From Sphaerodactylus townsendi (Eukaryota), in NCBI RefSeq assembly GCF_021028975.2, contig NC_059439.1:32736001-32800000 (forward strand): a stretch of 64,000 nucleotides of DNA, given 5' to 3'. This document shows positions 1 to 12,054 of this stretch, piece by piece (the first letter of the stretch is position 1; each line of letters opens with the position of its first letter). The translations under genes were made by a program, and so were the position numbers. The notes beneath the pieces were generated by a model that made no database searches, was not told where the DNA came from, and saw nothing but the letters and a program-made list of their open reading frames with translations.

Positions 1-275
1 GCTATGGCGTGTTCACAACGGTATTCTATGGCGTTTAAGCCTGCACTCTGTGGCTGGCATCTTCCAGAAAAGTTTGATAGTAGGAAAGGAAAGCAAGTGG
101 AGTATATATACCAGGTGCAGCCAGTTTCTTACAATCTGGGTCTTCACTGGATTCCTTCACAGAAACGGTGGTCGAGGATAAACTGGGATAAAACAGGCCC
201 AGATTGTAGAAACCGACTGTAACCAGCGCTCCACTTAGCTTCCTATCAGATCTGGCGATGCAACCAGCGTCACTA
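1..275. mobile_element. Noisy Penelope-like element (PLE) terminal-repeat remnant with an internal imperfect inverted repeat
   Basis: 1-70 is an indel-rich match to the PLE copies at 6740 and 52635 (cctgca..ctgtggctggcatctt.caga); ~50-145 and ~192-273 are imperfect reverse complements. Confidence 0.45.
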
Positions 276-502
276 AATTTCTGTGTTGTCAGTAACATAA
301 TGCACCATTCTTGCTCAGTAAATGGGGTGTTGGTCTGAACTGGCAGAGGTTTTCCTTACGTCTGGGGCGGTCTTCCTCCTTTCTTGTGCCTGTGAGGGGC
401 CTGGCGTTTCCTATTCCACCCCCCATGAAATAGGACAGCCTGTTCCTTTTAGGGTCCTGCCTGATGAGGACCAAACGGAGAAAAACAGTTGATCTGCTAA
501 CA

Positions 503-588
503 CACAGGTGTCAAACTCGTGGCCCTCCAGATGTTATGGACTACAGTTCCCATCATCCCCTGCCAGCATCATGCTGGCAGGGGATGAT
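503..588. mobile_element. Truncated short hAT-type MITE
   Basis: caggtgtcaaactcg.ggccctccagatgttatggactacagttcccatc, same family as 18779-18850 and 50303-50421, related to 14519-14667. Confidence 0.6.
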
Positions 589-653
589 AATAGTCCTGGG
601 AACTTTATCGACACCCTACTCTTCCTGTGCAGTCAACACCTTTAATACATTAG

Positions 654-1271
<618 letters not shown>

Positions 1272-1529
1272 TAGTTGGCTGAGTTGGGGAGGAAACGGCC
1301 TGATACCACAGAACACTGAGAGGGATGACAAGGGAGGACTTAGTTTCCTTTTTGAACAAAACTTAAACCCCTTATTTGCTTATTTTTATTTACACCATCT
1401 ATGCTTCACCTTATTCAAAGTGTCTTGTGTCGTTCACAACAGTTCTCTGAAGTAGGCAGGCTGAATTTGTGGCTGGTCCAAGCGAGCCAATCAGCAAGCT
1501 TCTATTACTATTATTATTATTATTATTGT

Positions 1530-1716
1530 AGATTTCACAGCTGCCAGATCTTTAGCTGGTTGTTGGCCTTCATTACAATTCGAGCCTCACCCAGAGGCCT
1601 AGGAAGTTGTAATGTATCGGCGTAGTATTCGTGTGGATCCCAGCAGGGCTGCCTTCTGAATTTGACAGATGTTAATTTTGTCAATTCGAAGATGTTTTAA
1701 GTGCTGCCCTAGTGTT
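1530..1716 (-). mobile_element. R4/Dong non-LTR retrotransposon 3' fragment, copy 1
   Basis: Minus strand encodes IDKINICQIQKAALLGSTRILRRYITTS*, the typical R4/Dong C-terminus; embedded in (TAT)n/(TGT)n microsatellite. Confidence 0.7.
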
Positions 1717-1723
1717 TATTATT

Positions 1724-1753
<30 letters not shown>

Positions 1754-1754
<1 letters not shown>

Positions 1755-1940
1755 ATTTCACCGCTGCCAGATCTTTAGCTGGTTGTTGGCCTTCATTACA
1801 ATTTGAGCTTCACACAGAAGCCTAGGAAGTTGTAATGTATCGGCATAGTATTCGTGCGGATCCCAGCAGGGCTGCCTTCTGAATTTGACAGATGTTAATT
1901 TTGTCAATTTGAAGATGTTTCAAGTGCTGCCCTAGTGTTG
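1754..1940 (-). mobile_element. R4/Dong 3' fragment, copy 2 (tandem with copy 1)
   Basis: Near-identical to 1530-1716, flanked by (TTG)n and (TTA)n. Confidence 0.7.
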
Positions 1941-2460
1941 TTGTTGTTGTTATTATTTATTATTATTATTATTATTATTGTTATTGTTATTATTATTATT
2001 ATTATTTCAATTTATAAACTACCCTTCCCCGCAGGGCTCTGGGCGGTGAACAACAATAATAAATAGTACAACAAACCATCATCAAAACATAACAACATAT
2101 TATAACAATATAAAACTGCCTAAGACTTCTAGGGCAGAGTGGGAATTCAACGCTGGATTTCCCAGATTCTAGACCATCACTCTGAACACTGCTGTCCACT
2201 CTGCTGCTTAATTTGTCAACAGGGCTGGTGTGTGAACACCAAAGGACTGCCAGAAGCTTGGTGAGGTGATGAGGTTAAGTTGGTGACTTTCTCTCCATAG
2301 CTTCTTGACCTACTTTGCCAGGCTTTCTGTTGTGAAGATAAGAATTAGTAGGCAGTGCCTGGAAAGTAGGAAAGTGGTTAAGAGTCGGCACACACATCTC
2401 ACACACTCTCAGATGAAATGTGCTTCCAACCTGTGTCCCCTTGTCTTTCTCCCTCAGCAG

Positions 2461-2647
2461 GCCAGCAGGTGGCGATCAAGAGTCGAAATCCCCAGTGCCT
2501 TCGATGGGTCTTGGTGATGAACGCGAAGCGCACTTTGTGAAGGAGCTGAAGATCCTGAAACATTTCAAGCACGACAACATCATCGCCATCAAGGACATCC
2601 ACTGGAAGCCTCTCCGTGCCTTACGCCCGTGAAGTTCAGATCTGTGT
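2461..2647 (+). CDS. MAPK7: MAPK7 coding exon 2 (VAIK lysine, helix C); frameshifted as assembled
   Basis: Pyrimidine tract plus cag at 2458-2460; G|GC CAG CAG GTG GCG ATC AAG (GQQVAIK); ELKILKHFKHDNIIAIKDI; gtaagt at 2648; 187 nt against 166 nt expected from the conserved protein. Confidence 0.85.
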
Positions 2648-2986
2648 GTAAGTGCCTCTTTTCCCTTGCCTAATGGGAAACCCTCGCGACCGGGACCCAA
2701 CGATTCTGTGTAGAGGGTAGGTGCTTTCTTAGTGCGATGCTGCATCCCTTCTTGAAGTTGTCCCCAGGTGTTATCTTCTCTAACCCTGCCTGTAGAAAAA
2801 TAGCTTGCCAGGGTTAAGGCTGTGGAAAAACTCTCCTCTCCGAGTGCTAGTTTTTTTTTTGCAGTCTGAGACTGAGAAGCAGCAGGGCCTTGAAATCTGA
2901 AATCATGCAGTCCAGAAAGAGCTATATCACGTAATTGATGCCCCAGTTGAAGTGGGCTTGAGTGGCCATGTAGTTCCTTGAAAGTT

Positions 2987-3818
2987 CACCACTATCTTTA
3001 AGAGTGCAATGTCAACGTTAGCCCAAATAAACTCAAAAATACACACGTTGCACTCTGGCTGTGTCCAATCTTATATATTGATCTTACATATAATTAAACA
3101 ACTTAACACTTCTATTTGTATTTACATTTCCTTATTTCTCTGACCAAGTTCTTAAGTTCTGCAGAACCTACAGAATTGGAATATGGACTATATGGAACTG
3201 AAGCTTTGTTTCTGAACAAAGAATTGAATGGACTAAGTGATTATTTATGTTTAGTTATAAGAGTTGGAAGACTTATGCTGTATCTTTAAGTTCTGCAGAA
3301 CCTACAGAATTGGAATATGGACTATATGGAACTAAAGCTTTGTTTCTGAACAAAGAATTGAATGGACTAAGTGATTATTTATGTTTAGTTATAAGAGTTG
3401 GAAGACTTATGCTGTATCTTTAAGTTCTGCAGAACCTACAGAATTGGAATATGGACTATATGGAACTAAAGCTTTGTTTCTGAACAAAGAATTGAATGGA
3501 CTAAGTGATTATTTATGTTTAGTTATAAGAGTTGGAAGACTTATGCTGTATCTTTAAGTTCTGCAGAACCTACAGAATTGGAATATGGACTATATGGAAC
3601 TAAAGCTTTGTTTCTGAACAAAGAATTGAATGGACTAAGTGATTATTTATGTTTAGTTATAAGAGTTGGAAGACTTATGCTGTATCTTTAAGAACTTTGT
3701 CAGAGAAATAAGGAAATGTAAATACAAATAGAAGTGTTAAGTTGTTTAATTATATGTAAAATCAATATATAAGATTGGACACAGCCAGAGTGCAACGTGT
3801 GTATTTTTGAGTTTATTT
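2987..3818. mobile_element. Unclassified insertion: ~132-bp inverted arms enclosing a tandem array, with 14-bp flanking direct repeat
   Basis: Arms ~3024-3155 and ~3688-3819 are reverse complements; gttccttgaaagtt at 2973-2986 and 3819-3832. Confidence 0.7.
3153..3688. repeat. Tandem repeat, 4 x 134 bp
   Basis: Units start at 3153, 3287, 3421, 3555 (taagttctgcagaacc...); copies 2-4 look identical, copy 1 differs at one site (actgaagc vs actaaagc). Confidence 0.95.
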
Positions 3819-4056
3819 GTTCCTTGAAAGTTGCCTTCTTCTGTCTTGGAGTCTGGCACTCTTTCAAAGCTCTGTAAGCTCTTGACAGACCTGTAGATGC
3901 CTCAGATGCTTCCAGATCCTTTTCACTGGAGATGCCAAGGCCAGAACTCGAGACCTTCTGAACGCCAAGGAGATGTTCTGCCACTGAGTCACAGCCCTTT
4001 CCCCCTTCTGTCCTTGACCTCTTTCCAAACGCTCTACCGTGTTGTTCTCCCTTTGA

Positions 4057-5235
<1,179 letters not shown>

Positions 5236-5324
5236 TGAGGGAGGGGGTTTCTGGCAGGGAGGGGGTTTCTGGCAGATTGTGGGGCTGTGTTTTGACCCAG
5301 GGGCTTCCTTGATGAATGGGCCTG

Positions 5325-5837
5325 AGACTTTTAAGGAAACAACCACTGAATGGAAAACTCCTGGTGTCCTTTTACCGCTGTGCTATAGAGAGTGTCTTAA
5401 CCTCCTGCATCTGTGTATGGTTCTCCAGTTGCACAGTGGCAGATAGGAAGGCGCTCCAAAGGGTGATCACTACTGCACAGAGGATTATCGGCTGCCCTCT
5501 CCCCTCCTTGGAAGAACTCTATAATTCCCGAAGCCTAAAGAAAGCCCAAAATATTCTGAGAGACCCGTCTCATCCAGCACACTCTCTTTTCGAACTGTTA
5601 CCATCTGGCAGACGATACAGGCCTATCAAAACTAGGACAAAGAGGCTTAGAGACAGCTTCTACTCTAGAGCTGTGGCTATGCTGAACTCCGTGGCTTCGT
5701 GTTGATGTGTTTGGGGCTGTGTAGGGATGGGTGGAGGAAGGGGAAAGTGAGGATGGGGTATGAGTCTGAAATTGTGTGCGTCGAGGAATGCTGCTGTAAA
5801 TTTTGTTGTGCGTGCACAATGACAATGAAATGCTTAT
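5325..5837 (+). mobile_element. Rex1/Babar-type LINE, 5'-truncated
   Basis: FYRCAIESVLTSCICVWF...KALQRVI...HPAHSLFELLPSGRRYR..RLRDSFY; tgctta tail; gcctg on both sides; uninterrupted host sequence seen at 12741-12848. Confidence 0.8.
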
Positions 5838-6437
5838 GCCTGGTGTGGGTATCGGCAATGGGATGCTCCCGGGCTGCGTTTCCGCACTACGTACGGTGCT
5901 ACACTCTGTTCCACCAAAAGATGATAGTACTGACAGTTGAGGTGCAGCGGCTGAGAAAATTGTATGCTTCCACGTTAAGAGTACAAGAATTATCATTCGT
6001 TTTTACACGCTGCTTTTGTCAAAACCGTTCTTTGGGGCGTTATTGAACACGGTACTTTGATCTAAGAGCATTTATCGTTCGCTAGACGACTTTCAAACAG
6101 ATGCGGGGTGGGTGGGAAGCAGGGCTAGGTCGGCACTAGGACCCGGGCGGAGCATTCTGCGGAACAGGCCCGGCATGCTTTGTTCTGCCCTGGAGAAATA
6201 TACAACTCTGCTGTCATCTTTCTGTGGAACAGAATGTAGCTCATTAGTCCTTACAGCTGTTCTGAGAAGACTTTGTAGACTTTATGTAACAGGCTGAATA
6301 GCCCCTGAAACACCAGACAAAGCACTGGTCAGAGTTTAGTGTTCCTTCCCTGCTGGTGGAGCAGTTTCTTCCACCTGCATTTGCATTCAGAAATCCCCTT
6401 GAACCAATGAATCTACTATTCATTGGTTCAAGCTCTT

Positions 6438-6730
6438 AGCAGTGGCGTAGGAGGCTAAGAGCTCGTGTATCTAATCTGGAGGAACCGGGTTTGATTCCCC
6501 GCTCTGCCGCCTGAGCTGTGGAGGCTGATCTGGGGAATTCAGATTAGCCTGTGCACTCCCACACTCGCCGGCTGGGTGACCTTGGGCTAGTCACAGCTTC
6601 TCGGAGCTCTCTCAGGCCCACCCACCTCACAGGGTGTTTGTTGTGAGGGGGGAAGGGCAAGGAGATTGTCAGCCCCTTTGAGTCTCCTGCAGGAGAGAAG
6701 GGGGGGATATAAATCCAAACTCTTCTTCTT
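6438..6730 (+). mobile_element. tRNA-derived SINE (gecko Squam3-like)
   Basis: A-box-like tggcgtaggagg, B-box-like ggtttgattccc, (TTC)n tail; about 10 related copies in the window. Confidence 0.85.
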
Positions 6731-6737
6731 ATTATTT

Positions 6738-6924
6738 ATTGTCGAAGGCTTTCACAGCCGGAATCACTGGGGTGCTGTGTGGTTCCCGGGCTGTACGGCC
6801 GTGTTCTAGCAGCATTCTCTCCTGACGTTTCGCCTGCATTTGTGGCTGGCGTCCTCAGAGGATCGTCAGGAGAGAATGCTGCTAGTACACGGCCATACAG
6901 CCCAGAAACCACACAACATCCCAG
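6738..6924. mobile_element. Penelope-like fold-back terminal-repeat insertion
   Basis: ~6767-6828 is inverted at ~6864-6924; same sequence family as 52635-52840. Confidence 0.75.
6820..6862 (-). ncRNA. Minimal type I hammerhead ribozyme motif (PLE-associated), intact core
   Basis: Minus strand UCCU-CUGAGGA-C-GCC(agccacaaaugca)GGC-GAAA-C-GUC-AGGA: stem I UCCU/AGGA, core CUGANGA and GAAA, stem II GCC/GGC, palindromic ACGU stem III, GUC site. Activity untested. Confidence 0.7.
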
Positions 6925-7051
6925 AATCTACTATTCTTTCCTTCCCCTTGAATGTATCCAGAGAAAATCTGGCTCTCTGTTGCCCTATATATTTGATCTC
7001 CTGAGTTTAAACACATTGAGCGACAGGGCGGCAGAACGAACTAGCGTTTGC

Positions 7052-7530
7052 CTTGTAGGGACTGTCTCTCCCTATATCGCCCTGCTAGGCCCCTCCGCTC
7101 CTCGGAGGCGGACCTTCTGGTGATCCCTGGCCCCAAAGTGGTCCGGCTGGCCTCCACAAGGGCTAGGGCTTTTACGGCCCTGGCTCCTACCTGGTGGAAC
7201 AGGCTCCCAAGTGAGATCAGGGCCCTGCGGGACATACAGAGTTTCCGCAGGGCCTGTAAAACAGACCTGTTCCGCCAGGCATTTAACCAGCCGGGATAAC
7301 ACCACACTCCTGTGATAAATATCTGGCCTCCAGTGGGTGCAAGAATGGAGAAGGGGAAACAATTTTAATCGCCATCTGAATTTTTATAATTTATATATGG
7401 TTTTAACTGGGATGAATGTGAAATGGATTTTAACTGTTTTTATATAATTGATGGACACCTCCCTGAGCCCTTCGGGGAAGGGCGGTATAGAAGTTTAATA
7501 AAATAAATAATAAACAAATAAATAAATAAA
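7052..7530 (+). mobile_element. L2-clade LINE 3' end
   Basis: DCLSLYRPARPLRSSEADLLVIP..RAFTALAPTWWNRLPSEIR..FRRACKTDLFRQAF, then cctgagcccttcggggaagggcggtat and (AAAT)n tail. Confidence 0.85.
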
Positions 7531-7546
7531 GCTGCGTGTTCCACAG

Positions 7547-8463
7547 ATACCCCATCCTCCGTCCCTGAGACGCCTGACATCCGGAGGCCGGTGACGGCGA
7601 AGGAGCGTCAGCGCGAGCGAGAGGAGAAACGCAAGCGCCGTCACGAGCGAGCCAAGGAGCGTGAGAAGCAGAAGAAGGAGAAGGAGAAGGAACGCAAGGA
7701 CATGCTCACCGAGAACGACCGGAACCTTCTGGAGAGGTGGACCAAGATGGTCGACCGCACCCAGAACAAGTTGGCCCAGAATGGATCCGCGGTCCTGCCG
7801 CAGGCGACCGCCGCCGGCCATATCCTATCTCAAGTTCCTCCTGCCAACTCTTTGCCGCCTCAAGTGCCTCCTGCCAGCCACATTCCGCCCAGCTCTTCCG
7901 CCAATCCCTCGGCACCCACCGACTTCCTCACCTTCTCGGACAAGGGGGTGCCTGCCTTGAGACCCAAGCTCACTCTGGTCCCTGTGGGGGCAGAACTAGC
8001 CCCCGTTCAAGGGGCGAATGCCAACCTGGTCCACTTTTTCCCCGCCCAGCCCACCCCGTTCCTGGTCACCTCCGCGGCCTGCCCGAAAGCCACTCCGTCC
8101 AAACCGGAGTGTGTGCTAAGTGTCAAATACGGACCTGGGCAGATATTTCAGGCTCCGTACGGGGTGACGGCCCTCAATGCCTGGAGCGCCGTCCCCCAGC
8201 CTGAGAACTGGGCCGTGACCGGCCAGGTGCCGGTGAGTCAGCCGGAGATAGCGCCCCCTAGTGAAGCACTGCCGGAGCCGACTGTGAATTACGGAGCGAG
8301 AACGGGTGTGGATGACGCCATATTTCTGACGGAGGCGGGCAAAACAGAGGTGCCGTCACAGCCCAACCAACCCCAAATGGCCTCAGAGCTGCCTTCAGGG
8401 ACCACTGTGCCTTTGGAGCCTCCTGATATCAATATGGTGACTCAACAGCTGTCGAAATCCCAG
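7547..8463 (+). CDS. MAPK7: MAPK7 coding exon 4 (basic NLS and proline-rich region)
   Basis: ccacag|AT ACC in phase 1; RRPVTAKERQREREEKRKRRHERAKERE; ends DINMVTQQLSKSQ|gtaatt. Confidence 0.93.
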
Positions 8464-8646
8464 GTAATTTATTTGTTCATGCGTATCCTTACTACATTTC
8501 TGACCCACCTTTCTTCCCTCCCGAGGGCCACCCAAGTGGCTGGCGGTTTAAAACCTACGGTTTAAAACCTTTTATGTTCTTATCTAAATAGCAATTATTC
8601 ATCCATTCATTATTCTTTAATATGATAGTGTTGAAATGTCCATGGC

Positions 8647-9084
8647 TTGTGTACTAGAACCAGGGGGCATCCATTGAAAATGCTGGGGGGAAGAATTAGG
8701 ACTAATAAAAGGAAACACTTCTTCACGCAACGTGTGATCGGTGTTTGGAATATGCTGCCACAGGAGGTGGTGGTGGCCACTAACCTGGATAACTTTAAAA
8801 GGGGCTTGGACAGATTTATGGAGGAGAAGTCGATTTATGGCTACCAATCTTGATCCTCTTTGATCTGAGATTGCAAATGCCTTAGCAGACCAGGTGCTCG
8901 GGAGCAACAGCTGCAGAAGGCCCTTGCTTTCACATCCTGCATGCGAGCTCCCAAAGGCACCTGGTGGGCCACTGTTGTTGATTTTGCCATGTAGAACATA
9001 AGAACATAAGAAGAGTAGCAGAGAGCTGGACTAGATGGACTCTGGTCTGATCCAGCAGGCTAGTTCTTATGTTCTTATGTTCTA
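8647..9084 (+). mobile_element. CR1 LINE 3' end
   Basis: TRGHPLKM..RTNKRKHFFTQRVIGVWNMLPQEVV..FKRGLDRFM; (TTCTTATG)n tail; catggc on both flanks. Confidence 0.88.
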
Positions 9085-9097
9085 CATGGCAAAATCA

Positions 9098-9597
9098 ACA
9101 ACACAAGCCTTTATTGGCATATAAAACAAGACAACATTTGAAAACAAAACAAGGTTAAGAAATGCAGTTAAAATTACTAATTTCCAATATAAAATTTGCA
9201 ACAGTTTCACAAAAGAGCACATCAGAGCTGTTCAGGAGATTGGGTATCTTGTAACACTCATGCCACTGAGAACATTGCAAGAAAATGGAATTCATGTATT
9301 TCATGCGTATCTTATTGTATTTAGGGCATAGAAACAAAGAATGGTCAAGTGTTTCAACCGTAGTCATATCCCATGAACAAACTCTTTTAGAACGTTCCAT
9401 ATTCTTAAATCTTCCCTCCAGCAGAGCTGATGGCAGCACATTACATCTTGCAGAAGCCAAGGCTCTCCTCTGGGTGGGATTAATCAGCAGACGAAGATAT
9501 GCTGCCATAATTCCACGCTCGCATGGGATTAATAATGTAGTTGGAGAACAGGTTGTCTTGGCAGCACGAGTCAAATTATGAAAATCAAGATCCAAGA
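9098..9597 (-). mobile_element. Non-LTR retrotransposon 3' end (RTEX-like, C-terminal Cys/His knuckle)
   Basis: RRALASARCNVLPSALLEGRF..RVCS..ETLDHSLFLCPKY; aataaagg then (TTG)n tail; 15-bp TSD tacatggcaaaatca at 9083-9097 and 9598-9612. Clade assignment tentative. Confidence 0.7.
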
Positions 9598-10080
9598 TAC
9601 ATGGCAAAATCACAGTTTGAGCCCGTTGAAATCGGCCCTTTCTTCACTCCTCTCCCAAACACACATAATTAAAACAAATCAAGAGCAGAGTTTAAATACG
9701 GACAAAGAAATAAAAAATAGCAATTAAAAACATTGGTCGGGAAGGAAGGATTGTTGAGTAAATTCCAAGTGAAACAAAGAAATCGGCACTTGTTGACGGA
9801 AGACAGCAGCAGAGAGGTTGGCGAATGTTCACAGAGGTTTACAGGGAATTCCAGAGGTTTTGGTACTATGACTGAGAAAATGCTCTTCTTAAAAAAAAAA
9901 TTGAAATTAATTTTTATAACAAAACTAACAAAACATACAAAAGTGATCGAGTCATTCTACGTTACTTAAACAACATAGATAAAGACGACAAATAACACTT
10001 GAATTTCTGCCCGTCACCCGCTGCAGAAGTTATCCATATCATAGTAACTTCCTATTAATATTAAAACCCAGAAAGCTTTA

Positions 10081-10383
10081 GAAGAAGAAGAAGAGTTTGG
10101 ATTTATATCCCCCCTTTCTCTCCTGTAGGAGACTCAAAGGGGCTTACAATCTCCTTGCCCTTCCCCCCCTCACAACAAACACCCTGTGAGGTAGGTGGGG
10201 CTGAGAGAGCTCCAAAGAACTGTGACTAGCCCAAAGTCACCCAGCTGGCTATGTTGGGAGTGTACAGGCTAATCTGAATTCCCCAGATAAGCCTCCACAG
10301 CTCAGGTGGCAGAGCGGGGAATCAAACCCGGTTCCTCCAGATTAGAATACACCTGCTCTTAACCACTACGCCACTGCTGCTCC
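10081..10383 (-). mobile_element. tRNA-derived SINE
   Basis: Reverse complement of the 6438 family. Confidence 0.85.
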
Positions 10384-10499
10384 TTTAAAACCTTAGTCAA
10401 TGCTTTAACCCAAATTCCATTTCTAGAAAAGACAAGGCAAATACAGAGGTATCTACACAGAGGTGCCGTCTACTTGACTTATCTTATCTACTTGACTTA

Positions 10500-11409
10500 C
10501 CAGTATATACTCGTGTATAAGTCGACCCGCATATAAGTCGAGGCACCTAATTTTACCACAAAAAACTGGGAAAACGTATTGACTCGCGTATAAGTCGAGG
10601 GTGGGAAATGCAGCAGCTGCTGGTAAATTTCAAAAATAAAAATAGATGCCAATAAAATTACATCAATTGAGGCAGCAGTTTGTTAAATGTTTTTGAATAT
10701 TTATTTCAAAGAAAAACAGTAAACTGGCTCTGTAAGTGGAAAAGAGGGTCAACAAGAACAATATGGTCTCAACAATAACTTTAAAAGTACAAAAACCTTA
10801 GCTCAACCAGCAACCAAGCTAAAACACAAGAGTTAAAATCCTTCAAAACTGGATTCCTCATCATCATCTGTATGTCCAAATGTAACCCAACTTAGATTTT
10901 AAGAGGGATGTTATCAGAAATAGAAAATCTACTATTAGCTTCCATTGTAAACAATGGGGGATGGGGTCCTCTTTGGGGGTCAATAACTTTGGATCCCCTG
11001 ACCCAAACTTCACCAAACATGGCTGGTATCATAAAAAGACTCTCCTGATGAGACCAGCCAGGTTTGGTGAAGTTTGGCTCAGAGGGTCCAAAGTTATGGA
11101 CCCTCAAAATGGTAGCCCCATCTACTAATAGCTCCCATTGAAAACAATGGGGAATGGGGGCACCTCCTTTGGGGGTCCATAACTTTGGACCCCCTGAACC
11201 AAACTTTACCAAACTTGGCTGGTACCATCAGGAGTGTCTTCTGATGGTACCCTGACATTTTGGTGCCACTAGAATAAAAACTGCGCCCCCTGCTGGCCGG
11301 CAAAGTAAAAAAACACACAAAAATTTAATGACCCACATATAAGTCGAGGGGAGCTTTTTCAGCATTAAAAATGTGCTGAAAAATTCGACTTATACATGAG
11401 TATATACGG
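10500..11409. mobile_element. Non-autonomous Tc1/mariner (Tc2/pogo-like) DNA transposon
   Basis: TIRs gtatatactcgtgtataagtcga / tcgacttatacatgagtatatac, TA on both flanks, subterminal tataagtcgag repeats. Confidence 0.75.
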
Positions 11410-11471
11410 TACTTCCAAAGTGGAAAAGTTATCTTTGACTGACGAATGGTCTCGTGTTTTCTGGATTCCAG

Positions 11472-11599
11472 GTGGACGACATTTTGCCCCCTGTCTTCTC
11501 TGGCACCCCGAAAGGCAGCGGCGCTGGCTACGGAGTCGGCTTCGACCTGGAAGAGTTTCTGAATCAGTCGTTCGACATGGTTGGAGAAAACCGGGAGAG
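11472..11599 (+). CDS. MAPK7: MAPK7 coding exon 5
   Basis: ttccag|VDDILPPVFSGTPKGSGAGYGVGFDLEEFLNQSFDMVGENRE AG|gtaaga; not in the supplied ORF track. Confidence 0.95.
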
Positions 11600-11752
11600 G
11601 TAAGAGAGAACTCCTTCTGGACTTAGTAGGCAATACAGGTTGGTGGAGTTTTGAATGGAGGAAGTTCAGTCTCAGATGTACTTGCCTTTATTTGAAACTT
11701 ACCATGTTTACAGTCTGGGCCCTGTGGCTGTTATCCGGCAATATGTGGCAGA

Positions 11753-12054
11753 GAAGAAGAAGAAGAAGAAGAGTTTGGGCTTATATCCCCCCTTTCTCTC
11801 CTTGTAGGAGGCTCAAAGGGGCTGACAATCTCCTTGCCCTTCCCCCCTCACAACAAACACCCTGTGAGGTAGGTGGGGCTGAGAGAGCTCCGAGAAGCTG
11901 TGACCAGCCCAAGGTCACCCAGCTGGCGTGTGTGGGAGTGCACAGGCCAATCTGAATTCCCCAGATCAGCCTCCACAGCTCAGGCGGCAGAGCTGGGAAT
12001 CAAACCCGGTTCCTCCAGATTAGATACACGAGCTCTTAACCTCCTACGCCACTG
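11753..12054 (-). mobile_element. tRNA-derived SINE
   Basis: Reverse complement of the 6438 family with (GAA)n tail. Confidence 0.85.

Noticed and set aside
3153-3688. Regular repeat array as a CRISPR array
   Set aside because: Head-to-tail identical 134-bp units with no unique spacers, eukaryotic context, no cas genes
5238-5275. 18-bp G-rich tandem duplication after the exon 3 donor as a regulatory G-quadruplex
   Set aside because: Compatible with simple slippage; no supporting evidence from sequence alone
6438-6520. SINE heads as tRNA genes
   Set aside because: Only A/B-box-like motifs, no full cloverleaf, attached to SINE body and tail
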